Below are positions 1 through 7,756 of a DNA stretch of 64,000 bases, one piece after another. Position numbers and translations under genes: made by a program. This DNA comes from Candidatus Latescibacterota bacterium (lineage in GTDB: Bacteria > Latescibacterota > UBA2968). Where the stretch lies: positions 2,464,001-2,528,000 of the forward strand of contig OZ242320.1 of assembly GCA_965208125.1 (NCBI GenBank), written 5' to 3'. How positions within the stretch are numbered: the first letter of the stretch is position 1; each line of letters begins with the position of its first letter. The notes under the pieces are model-generated. The model was not told the DNA's origin and ran no database searches. It saw nothing but the letters and a program-made list of their open reading frames with translations.

Positions 1-1
1 G

Positions 2-1219
2 GACGCCCAGACAGACGAAAGGTTAAATCGTTACCAAAGCGTGATAGACTACAATATTCGGTCTGTATTGTGTGTGCCTGTATTCCATCTTAATGAAGGT
101 GTGATGGGTGCGCTATATGTGGATCATCGCGGCATGGGCAACGCATTTTCTGAAGCAGATCAGACGTTTTTACAGGCATTTGCGAATTTGGTGGGGGTGG
201 CGCTGGTCAATGCGAAGATGTATGAACAATTGAAAGAGAGAGCACAATATTTGCAGCAAGAGGTCGAAAGGCGGTACCAGCTTGGCGATATGTTTGGACA
301 TAGTGATGCGATGCAGGCGATCTACCGGCTTATCGAACGCGCGGCAAAGAGTGATGTTCCCGTGCTTGTGCAGGGCGAAACAGGTACGGGTAAAGAATTG
401 GCAGCGCGTGCCATACACTACAATAGCACGCGCAAAGACCAGCGTTTTTTGTCACAAAATTGTGCCACACTATCACCAGAGTTGTTGCAGAGTGAGTTGT
501 TTGGGCACAAAAAAGGCGCGTTTACTGGCGCAAATGAAGATCACATTGGGATTTTTGAGGCTGCCAATGGCGGTACGGTTTTTCTCGATGAAATCGCCGA
601 TGCCCCACCGCAGTTGCAAAGGAGTTTGTTGCGGGTGTTGCAAGAAGGGGAGATTCGGCGCGTGGGGGAAACAGTGGATCACACAGTAGATGTCCGCATT
701 ATTGCAGCGACCAATCGAGATTTAAAAGAGGAAGTAGAGAACGGCTCTTTTCGCGAAGATTTGTATTACCGCTTGCATGTGATTCAGATCGATATGCCGC
801 CTTTGCGGGAATACCTCGAAGATGTGCCATTATTGGCTGAACATCTACTCATTCGTGCAAAAGAAGAGGCAAACAAGTCGGTTGGGGGACTGACAGTGGG
901 TGCAATCAGGGCGCTCACAAGTTACAACTGGCCTGGCAATGTGCGCGAGTTGGAGAATGAGATTCGGCGGGCGGTGGCATTGGCAGAAGAAGAGGGGGAT
1001 ATTACGCCCGATTTGTTTTCAGAATCCATTGGGCATACAGTGTCAGATATTCCTGTCGAATTCCAGGGGCGTTTACAAGACCATGTCCAGGAGTATGAGA
1101 GACGGTTGATTCGAGCCGCACTCGAGAAATGCGATGGCAATATTACGCATACTGCCAGAGAATTGGGGATGACGCGCGTTGGTTTGCATAAGAAGATCAA
1201 TCGTCTGGGATTGAGATAG
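2..1219 (+). CDS. Sigma54-dependent enhancer-binding activator (GAF + AAA+ + Fis-type HTH), 5'-truncated by the window edge
   Basis: Walker A GETGTGKE, intact GAFTGA, Walker B FLDEI, FREDLYYRL, WPGNVRELEN, C-terminal HTH (GNITHTARELGM); GAF tail SVLCVP..GALYVDH. Frame is open from position 2. Confidence 0.95.
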   Translation, partial: DAQTDERLNRYQSVIDYNIRSVLCVPVFHLNEGVMGALYVDHRGMGNAFSEADQTFLQAFANLVGVALVNAKMYEQLKERAQYLQQEVERRYQLGDMFGHSDAMQAIYRLIERAAKSDVPVLVQGETGTGKELAARAIHYNSTRKDQRFLSQNCATLSPELLQSELFGHKKGAFTGANEDHIGIFEAANGGTVFLDEIADAPPQLQRSLLRVLQEGEIRRVGETVDHTVDVRIIAATNRDLKEEVENGSFREDLYYRLHVIQIDMPPLREYLEDVPLLAEHLLIRAKEEANKSVGGLTVGAIRALTSYNWPGNVRELENEIRRAVALAEEEGDITPDLFSESIGHTVSDIPVEFQGRLQDHVQEYERRLIRAALEKCDGNITHTARELGMTRVGLHKKINRLGLR

Positions 1220-1230
1220 GTGTGAAACCA

Positions 1231-1349
1231 GTGTATCCTTATATATACAGTATGTCCTATTGTTTACATTATTAATATCTATATAAATCAATTAGTTATG
1301 AGTATTTTATTTTATAAACGTTTGTAAGTGTATCCTTTCAGATACACTT
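1231..1349. promoter_or_regulatory. Two putative enhancer (UAS) palindromes TGTAT-N8-ATACA with an IHF-like site between them
   Basis: GTGTATCCTT repeated at 1231 and 1328; perfect 9-bp inverted repeat AAGTGTATC-N6-GATACACTT at 1326-1349; AATCAATTAGTTA at 1286-1298 matches WATCAANNNNTTR. Confidence 0.6.
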
Positions 1350-1456
1350 GTATCTGAATGTCGCATTTACAACACACGTAATTCTTAAATTTTATTTCCT
1401 TGTTTTTTTAAGCACTTGAGCTTTTTCAAGTGCTTTTTTTTTGATAGAACGATTTG

Positions 1457-1472
1457 TGGCACGAATTTTGCA
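1457..1472 (+). promoter_or_regulatory. Sigma54 (RpoN) -24/-12 promoter
   Basis: TGGCAC-GAATT-TTGCA is an exact match to TGGCAC-N5-TTGCW; it lies 47 nt before the peptide ATG and just downstream of a bEBP gene. Confidence 0.88.
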
Positions 1473-1519
1473 ATATGAAGGGCAGAGATAGCATTTAAAT
1501 TCTCAATAAGGAGGATACC

Positions 1520-1702
1520 ATGGCAACGCCACGCAAGTTGAATTTGATCAATGGAACGATAGATACAGAGGGTGATATTCAAACACTTCGGTCCGCAGAT
1601 AGTCTCAAAATTGGGGGATGTCCAGCTGGCTGGCCATCTGTTCCTCCCCTGCCTTTTCCCAATGACGATGACGATAGGGACGATCTTGAGCGCCCGGAGT
1701 GA
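1520..1702 (+). CDS. Putative RiPP precursor peptide (60 aa), SCIFF-like leader, single-Cys core
   Basis: Strong RBS AAGGAGG 5 nt before ATG; first ORF after the sigma54 promoter; 28 nt upstream of the rSAM/SPASM gene; RKLNLING...DSLKIGGC leader. Confidence 0.78.
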   Translation: MATPRKLNLINGTIDTEGDIQTLRSADSLKIGGCPAGWPSVPPLPFPNDDDDRDDLERPE

Positions 1703-1730
1703 ATCATCTCTGTCCTGAGGATTACCCGAC

Positions 1731-3161
1731 ATGCTGTGCATTCAAAAATGCGACATGCATCTTTTTCAAACTGAAGAACACAAACAGCCTGTTGCCTATC
1801 AGGTTGAGACGGGTCTGTTTTTTGAATTGGATCCCCATTTCCAGGCAATTTTAGCGTGTTGTGAGGGCTTGTCGGCTTCACAGGTTGTCCAGAGGTTGAC
1901 CGATCAATACGAGGCAGAGGAAATTGCCGAGGCCATTGAGGAATTGGTACAGGTGGGTTTGATTTCAGATGGTGCATTACCCTTGGTGTCCCAGGTGCCG
2001 ACGACAGAGGGGATGGCAGCCTGTGGGGTATCGCAGACAGATCGTTTGCAGGTGTCCTTGCACGTTTCGCATACGTGCAATATCCAATGTGCGTATTGCT
2101 TTGCTCACGGTGGAGATTATGGCGGTAAGGCTATGCTGATGCAATCCGATGTTGCCGAGCAAGCCATACGCTGGATCGTCACCGAGGCTCAGGTGTTCGG
2201 ACGGTGCCAGATTGATTTCTTTGGCGGGGAGCCGCTCTTGAATTTTCCATTGATTCAGGAGCTTGTCCCATTTGCCAAATCCCTGGGCGCGCGATTGGGT
2301 GTGCAGGTTGGTTTTGGTATTGTGACCAATGGCACGTTGTTGACTGACGAGATGAAGCAGTTTTTGGTTGATGAAAAGTTTCAGATTAAGGTCAGCCTGG
2401 ATGGTGGGCGCAAAACACAGGACCGCATTCGCAAGTTTCACAATGGTTCTGGCACTTATGATGTTGTGGCAAAGAATGTACAGAAATTGACTGATGAGGT
2501 GCCTGAGCGCGTGTATTTGCAGGCTATTATGACAGCGTATGATATGGACGAGGATCAGATTGCCGATGCGTTGCGTTCTCTGGGTACTGATAACGCGCTC
2601 ATCGGTCCGGCTGTTGTTTCACCTGATGCGCCTTATGCTATTGGGGAAGAACACATACCCGTTTTGAAGCAACAAATTTACAAGCGCAGCCGGCGTGCGC
2701 TCAAAGCCATTTTAAGTGGTGAAGAAAGTGAAGAGTTTGATCCGCGGATTCAAAAACTTTTGACGCGCGCAAAATCCTGTCACGGGTGCTTGGGTGGCAA
2801 GCAGTATTTGGCGATTGCAGCGGATGGGTCGATTTATTTTTGCTCGAGTTTGGCCGATGCGCCCGAGTTTAAGATGGGTGATGTGTTTTCGGGTATTGAT
2901 CGCGAAAAGCAGCAGCATTTTGACGCGCAGTTCAATGTGAATAATCGTCCTGAGTGCAAGACGTGCTGGGCGCGCAATTTGTGTGGTGGCGGGTGTCTTT
3001 GGGAGGCGAGGACGACGACGGGTGACCCAATGTATCCAAACCCTGTTGCTTGTGAACAGACGCGCTATCGCTATGAACTGGCGATGGAGATGTGTATGGA
3101 GATAGCAGAGGAGGATGCGTCTTTGTTGCAGCGACGATATGATCTGGAAGTGGCTTCATAA
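1731..3161 (+). CDS. Radical SAM/SPASM peptide maturase with N-terminal RRE-like domain (CteB/QhpD-like)
   Basis: CNIQCAYC, FFGGEPLL, TNGTLL, VSLDG; SPASM Cys set C..GxIYFC..CKTCWARNLCGGGC..C; ~100-aa N-terminal extension (HLFQ..VAYQVETGLFFELD..AIEELVQVGLI). Confidence 0.9.
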   Translation: MLCIQKCDMHLFQTEEHKQPVAYQVETGLFFELDPHFQAILACCEGLSASQVVQRLTDQYEAEEIAEAIEELVQVGLISDGALPLVSQVPTTEGMAACGVSQTDRLQVSLHVSHTCNIQCAYCFAHGGDYGGKAMLMQSDVAEQAIRWIVTEAQVFGRCQIDFFGGEPLLNFPLIQELVPFAKSLGARLGVQVGFGIVTNGTLLTDEMKQFLVDEKFQIKVSLDGGRKTQDRIRKFHNGSGTYDVVAKNVQKLTDEVPERVYLQAIMTAYDMDEDQIADALRSLGTDNALIGPAVVSPDAPYAIGEEHIPVLKQQIYKRSRRALKAILSGEESEEFDPRIQKLLTRAKSCHGCLGGKQYLAIAADGSIYFCSSLADAPEFKMGDVFSGIDREKQQHFDAQFNVNNRPECKTCWARNLCGGGCLWEARTTTGDPMYPNPVACEQTRYRYELAMEMCMEIAEEDASLLQRRYDLEVAS

Positions 3162-3226
3162 ACCACTGGAGGAGCAGGATCAGAACAGGTCTCCTGGTAT
3201 ATTCCCTGACCCGGGACGCCTGTTTC

Positions 3227-3271
3227 AAGCATACAGGTGTGACGAATATCTATTGTCAGGCCTGTATGCTT
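3227..3271. repeat. Intergenic stem-loop between maturase and methyltransferase
   Basis: AAGCATACAGG (3227-3237) / CCTGTATGCTT (3261-3271) with inner TGAC/GTCA pairing; no U-tract. Confidence 0.55.
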
Positions 3272-3317
3272 AAAGCCGCCACGCGCATGCCAAAGTAATC
3301 CAATAGAGAAGTGAGAA

Positions 3318-4226
3318 ATGCATAAAATTTCAGACCTCAAAATACCGGATCGGCTTAATCTGAATGCAGGTTGGAGCATTGGTGAGACGGCGTTTGAGAG
3401 AATTAGAACCACGCTTCTTGAGATGTCCCCAGTAGAAAGAATTCTCGAATTTGGGAGTGGTCCGAGTTCTGTCCGGCTGGCTATGGCGTTTCCCGAAGCG
3501 CAGGTTTTGTCTGTGGAAGGTGATTGGCGGAATTTTGCAGAGACCACGAGTCTGATGCGATCATTCTGGGATCAACACAATCTATCGATCAAATATCGTC
3601 CGATTACTCTTGAATCTTATGGAGACGCGGAATTTTTGACTTATGAATATGGGATGTTCTGGGAGGAAGAGATAGATTGCGTGATTATTGATGGTCCACC
3701 TGTCTATACCTTGCGAGGTCGAGAAGCCTGTCTCTACCAGGTTTATGATCAGGTCAAGATTGGTGGTCTGGTCATCCTGGACGATTTCAGAAGGTCTTAT
3801 GAGAAGCAAATTGTCGAGAACTGGCTGTCCGTCTATCCCGGCAGTTTTACAGTGGAAATGATCCGCGAAGACCACCATCTGGCCGTGTTGCGTAAGATCA
3901 AATCTGTGACACCGTGTTGGGATGCGCCTTATAGGCTTTCGGATGTTCAGTCTGTCAGCGAAACGCTCTCCCGCATTACACAGGCATTATCGCAGGTTGA
4001 TGATGTGTATTTGAGAACGCTGGCCAAAGCGAATAATTGCTCTGAAACAGATCTGATTGGCCTGTTCAATACCATTCGCAACATCTATGGGGTGACGCCT
4101 GAGCGCATCCAGGAGTTCATGAGCGGAAATTCTATACTTTCACCAGACGTTCAAAAAAGAAAACAGAATGCCTGTTATATGACAATCGTCAACGCGTTTT
4201 TTCGAGACGCTCAGTTTTCACATTAA
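3318..4226 (+). CDS. Class I SAM-dependent methyltransferase (Methyltransf_24-like) with C-terminal extension
   Basis: ILEFGSGPSS, VLSVE, VIIDGPP, GGLVILDDF motifs. Confidence 0.8.
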   Translation: MHKISDLKIPDRLNLNAGWSIGETAFERIRTTLLEMSPVERILEFGSGPSSVRLAMAFPEAQVLSVEGDWRNFAETTSLMRSFWDQHNLSIKYRPITLESYGDAEFLTYEYGMFWEEEIDCVIIDGPPVYTLRGREACLYQVYDQVKIGGLVILDDFRRSYEKQIVENWLSVYPGSFTVEMIREDHHLAVLRKIKSVTPCWDAPYRLSDVQSVSETLSRITQALSQVDDVYLRTLAKANNCSETDLIGLFNTIRNIYGVTPERIQEFMSGNSILSPDVQKRKQNACYMTIVNAFFRDAQFSH

Positions 4227-4394
4227 AGAAAGTGAATACAAAATGAGGAAAAGTCCAACGGCTGCGGGATGTTTTTCTGGATTTTTCCAGAAAAATTAAG
4301 GATCGGTCCTCCCATCCCGCAGTCTATTTAATGACCGATAGCCGGTATAATATTGAGTAGCAGGTAAATAGAAAACTACATTTCAATTTGGAAC

Positions 4395-4425
4395 CCAACG
4401 GTCTCCACTAAACCGTTGGTTTTTT
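4395..4425 (+). terminator. Putative intrinsic terminator closing the RiPP operon
   Basis: CCAACGGT-9 nt-ACCGTTGG followed by T6. Confidence 0.55.
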
Positions 4426-4478
4426 CTGTTAGGGCTTTGCATTCAAAAGTTCAAGGTGTGAGCAAAAGGAGACCTAAA

Positions 4479-5873
4479 ATGAAGAGAATACTTGGCATAG
4501 CCATGGTCGTTCTCGTTCTCGTCTTTCTTGTGTACGGAAACTATTCCAGGATTGATCCGGCCGTTCCCGACCTCAAAGTTCGCGAACTCCCGCCTCTTAC
4601 GGTGCCGCCATCGACAATTACGATTCCATTCTCCTTTCCAATCCAAGCTATCGGAGATGCATTGGAACAAGAGATCCCGAGGACTCAGGACGGCACAGAG
4701 AGTTGGGTGGGGAGGATTCTCGGCATCAAAACAAGCATCTCAGTAGATTGGCGGGTTGAAAGGGATGGCATAAGCATCTCCGGAGGCGAAGATAAAATTA
4801 GGACCAGGACTAGATTGAGTGCCGAGGTGGAAGCAAGAAATGTGGAAATCGCAGACATTACAGGAAATCTCAGAGCGACTATGAGGCCGAAACTGAATTC
4901 GAATTGGCGCCTTAATCCTCAACTGACAACGAATATTAACTTGTCAACAGCCAATCTACTCAGATTCATTAGTGTACGAGGGTTACTTGAACCTGAACTC
5001 AACCAAAGACTTAGTAATATTAGCAGTGACTTTAATAATAAGTTAAGCCGCGACGATTTCATAGAGAAAGCCGTCAGACAACAGTGGCATGAGATTTGCC
5101 GTTCCTTTCCTATTAGCCCGGATTCAAGTATTTGGCTAGAGGTAAAGCCAGTAGCTGTTCGATCAGCACAGCCCATAGTTGATACCCAAAATGTCTACTT
5201 GCAGTTCAGTCTTGACGCGGAGACACAGATCGTCGAGACGCAGACCCAACCACAATGCACTTTCCCTGACAGTCTAATTATAGAAGACTCACAGCCCGGT
5301 TACTTCAAAATCGTTCTACCCGCTGCATTGGAGTACGATACCTTAGAAGCCTTTCTAAAGAAAAAATTTGCGGGCAAAACCGTTGATAAAGATGTTTCAG
5401 TGAGGATTAATGCTGTTAACATCCTTTCAGATGGCGAGGTGATTGTATTAGGTGTCAAGTTGACCTTGAAGGCTAATGGTTGGTTCGGACCTCGGGCTCA
5501 AGGAATAGTTTATCTTTCAGCTAAACCCCATCTTAATGTCGATAGACAAGAGATTATACTTACAAAGTTACAACTCGATATAGAATCTCGAAACGCACTT
5601 GTCACCATTTTTGGAGAAGCCGCAGAATCAGTACTATTGGTTGCTCTTGGCGACGAGATAGTATTTGACCTTAGCCCCAAATTGGAAGAGGCCCGAGACA
5701 GGGCGCAGCAAGCCCTGAATGCGATATCGACGGACGAACTTCTGGTTGAAGGGCAGTTGAGTGAGATCCGAATAACGAGTCTTGATGTGGGGACCGACAG
5801 ATTACGCCTTGTCACTACTGCTCAAGGAGGGGCTGTAGCTTCTGCAAAAAAAATTTCATGGAGTTCGAACTGA
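4479..5873 (+). CDS. DUF4403-like membrane-anchored protein
   Basis: AGGAG RBS before ATG 4479; N-terminal hydrophobic anchor; PSTITIPFSFP..LEQEIP start and repeated beta-rich halves typical of DUF4403. Confidence 0.65.
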   Translation: MKRILGIAMVVLVLVFLVYGNYSRIDPAVPDLKVRELPPLTVPPSTITIPFSFPIQAIGDALEQEIPRTQDGTESWVGRILGIKTSISVDWRVERDGISISGGEDKIRTRTRLSAEVEARNVEIADITGNLRATMRPKLNSNWRLNPQLTTNINLSTANLLRFISVRGLLEPELNQRLSNISSDFNNKLSRDDFIEKAVRQQWHEICRSFPISPDSSIWLEVKPVAVRSAQPIVDTQNVYLQFSLDAETQIVETQTQPQCTFPDSLIIEDSQPGYFKIVLPAALEYDTLEAFLKKKFAGKTVDKDVSVRINAVNILSDGEVIVLGVKLTLKANGWFGPRAQGIVYLSAKPHLNVDRQEIILTKLQLDIESRNALVTIFGEAAESVLLVALGDEIVFDLSPKLEEARDRAQQALNAISTDELLVEGQLSEIRITSLDVGTDRLRLVTTAQGGAVASAKKISWSSN

Positions 5874-5964
5874 TCGAAAGCCGGGATGACAACGCCGTTG
5901 CCGGAAAGGCTACTTCTAATGTGAAATAAATCAATAGTCTCATCACCGTTGGTTTGGACTTTAA

Positions 5965-6129
5965 GAAGCTGTCTTAAAATTATTTTGAACAGGCCTGACA
6001 CATTTACGCAAACTGTGGGTCGATAGCGGCTATCTCGGTGAAGACTTCAAGGAATGAGACGCAAAACGGAAAGCGCACGTATAAAATTGATACCGGCTCG
6101 CTTAATTACATGGGTTTTAAGACAGCTTC
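5965..6129. mobile_element. 165-bp MITE / internally deleted IS
   Basis: Perfect 15-bp terminal inverted repeats GAAGCTGTCTTAAAA (5965-5979) / TTTTAAGACAGCTTC (6115-6129), flanked by TAA direct repeats (5962-5964, 6130-6132); no transposase ORF. Confidence 0.75.
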
Positions 6130-6141
6130 TAAGGAGCGCAG

Positions 6142-7293
6142 ATGTCAAATATTGATCGCAGCACTACAAACAAGTCTGAGTCTCACCTACCACGACGTTT
6201 TATAATGGCTGTGGTTACCCTTTTCTTTGGTCAACTCGTCGGTGAGAACTCTGTAATTTTGGCCAAACTTTTCTACTTTTACTTTCATGGGCCTGATGAA
6301 TTAGAGCTATGGAAGGTCATGCAGGTCTCACTGGTGCTGCTGATGGTTTTTACTTCTTTAGCTATTCTGATAATTGTGCGTTTGGTAGAGGCAAATTCTG
6401 AACAAGTTGAGCAAGTCTTGCTTTTTGTATCATTAGCATTTATTACTGCGGGTTTCGCTATCATAGACCAATCTCTTCCATCAATGGACAAGGGTAGGCA
6501 GTTACCACTGTGGGAGACCTTATACTACTTCGGTTGGCCAATGATGCTGTGGTTTGTCATTCCTTATTTTTTATTAGATGGGTCGCGACTTGAGCGAGTC
6601 CAAAAGATCGTAACTTTTATTGCTATATCTTTTGTAGGCCTTGTTATATGTGGTAGTGTGGGTGGAGTTCTCTTTTTACTTGCTCCGACGATACTTGAAT
6701 ATACGAAATTAATGGAGGGTGCCGTTGGAGTCCTTGATGATCCCATAAAGTTCTGGCAAGCGAGTCCTCCTACTATCAACTCGATCTGTGCGTTGTTTGT
6801 AGTAGTGGCTTTTGCTCCCAAATGGTGGCGAAACCTTAAGCTACGAGTTTCATGGACGGTTTGGATCCTCATTTTCACTGGATTTGCGATCATTTACGCT
6901 GGGATGTTTGGTAGTTTTTTCTTTGCAGAACGTCATCATTTTAGTGACCAGAAGTCCATAGGACTGCAAATTCAATTGTTTAGCAAGTTTGGTTCATTTT
7001 CGCTCATCATAACTGTAGTATTCTTGTTAAGTCTTTGGCTGGTGCGTCACCAATCAAATTCGGATGCGGCTATCGGTTTCCCGTCAGGCAACCGCTTTTG
7101 GGTGTACTTGTCAATAGGGTTGGGGCTGGGATTCTCTCTGGTTCAGCTCTTTGAACTCCTTCCATATGGCTCATTTGTTGAGGCTGAGGCTAGACATGTG
7201 CTCGTGGTCCTGGTATTCCATGCCCTGAACGGAATATGTCTCGGTTTCTCGCTTCGATCCCTCAGATGTGTGATAAGGTATGTAATGCGGTGA
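6142..7293 (+). CDS. Hypothetical polytopic membrane protein
   Basis: 383-aa ORF with about 10 hydrophobic segments; AAGGAG RBS. Confidence 0.7.
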   Translation: MSNIDRSTTNKSESHLPRRFIMAVVTLFFGQLVGENSVILAKLFYFYFHGPDELELWKVMQVSLVLLMVFTSLAILIIVRLVEANSEQVEQVLLFVSLAFITAGFAIIDQSLPSMDKGRQLPLWETLYYFGWPMMLWFVIPYFLLDGSRLERVQKIVTFIAISFVGLVICGSVGGVLFLLAPTILEYTKLMEGAVGVLDDPIKFWQASPPTINSICALFVVVAFAPKWWRNLKLRVSWTVWILIFTGFAIIYAGMFGSFFFAERHHFSDQKSIGLQIQLFSKFGSFSLIITVVFLLSLWLVRHQSNSDAAIGFPSGNRFWVYLSIGLGLGFSLVQLFELLPYGSFVEAEARHVLVVLVFHALNGICLGFSLRSLRCVIRYVMR

Positions 7294-7516
7294 GGGCGAT
7301 GCGCCTACTTCAAATCGAGTTTATCCCTTGCTTCCTCTTGCACACGCTACTACGCTGTGTGGGCTTGATCCGTTTTGGATGGGGTTGCCTATCTGTGGAC
7401 CAAAGCCATTTTGGAAAATCGACCGGTCAAAGTCTATAATTATGGGAGAATGCTCCGCACCAGATCCCGAGTGGACGGGACAATGTCCCGGTCTGGTTTA
7501 GAAGACATAGGAGAGA

Positions 7517-7756
7517 TTGATGAGTAGTGAAATATTTCATTTCGTTCATTCTGATGAGGTGACAGGATTTTTTGACAGATTGCAGCTACGAGAAAAATTT
7601 GATGCAGGAAACATAAAGTGCCACTTCTGTCACACAGTAATTACCGTGCAAAATTTCAAGGGTGCTACGCGGTATAGGGGAGAGCTTATATTCGTGTGTG
7701 ACCAGCCTGAATGCTATGAGTCATTTTGGACACCTGTAGATAGCGAGAACATTTAA
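7517..7756 (+). CDS. Small putative Zn-binding protein (CxxC...Cx4C)
   Basis: CHFC and CDQPEC motifs; AGGAG RBS; stop overlaps next start (TAATG). Confidence 0.7.
   Translation: MMSSEIFHFVHSDEVTGFFDRLQLREKFDAGNIKCHFCHTVITVQNFKGATRYRGELIFVCDQPECYESFWTPVDSENI

Noticed and set aside
1731-3161. Radical SAM as an anaerobic sulfatase-maturating enzyme for the four sulfatases
   Set aside because: It has a ~100-aa RRE-like N-terminal extension, an adjacent peptide and its own promoter, and lies >15 kb from the nearest sulfatase; anSMEs start almost directly at the CxxxCxxC region. Not formally excluded without phylogeny.
1520-3161. Canonical SCIFF, QHNDH (qhpC/D), PQQ or mycofactocin locus
   Set aside because: Peptide has one Cys, no ExxxY or IDGMCGVY motif, and none of the partner genes are present.
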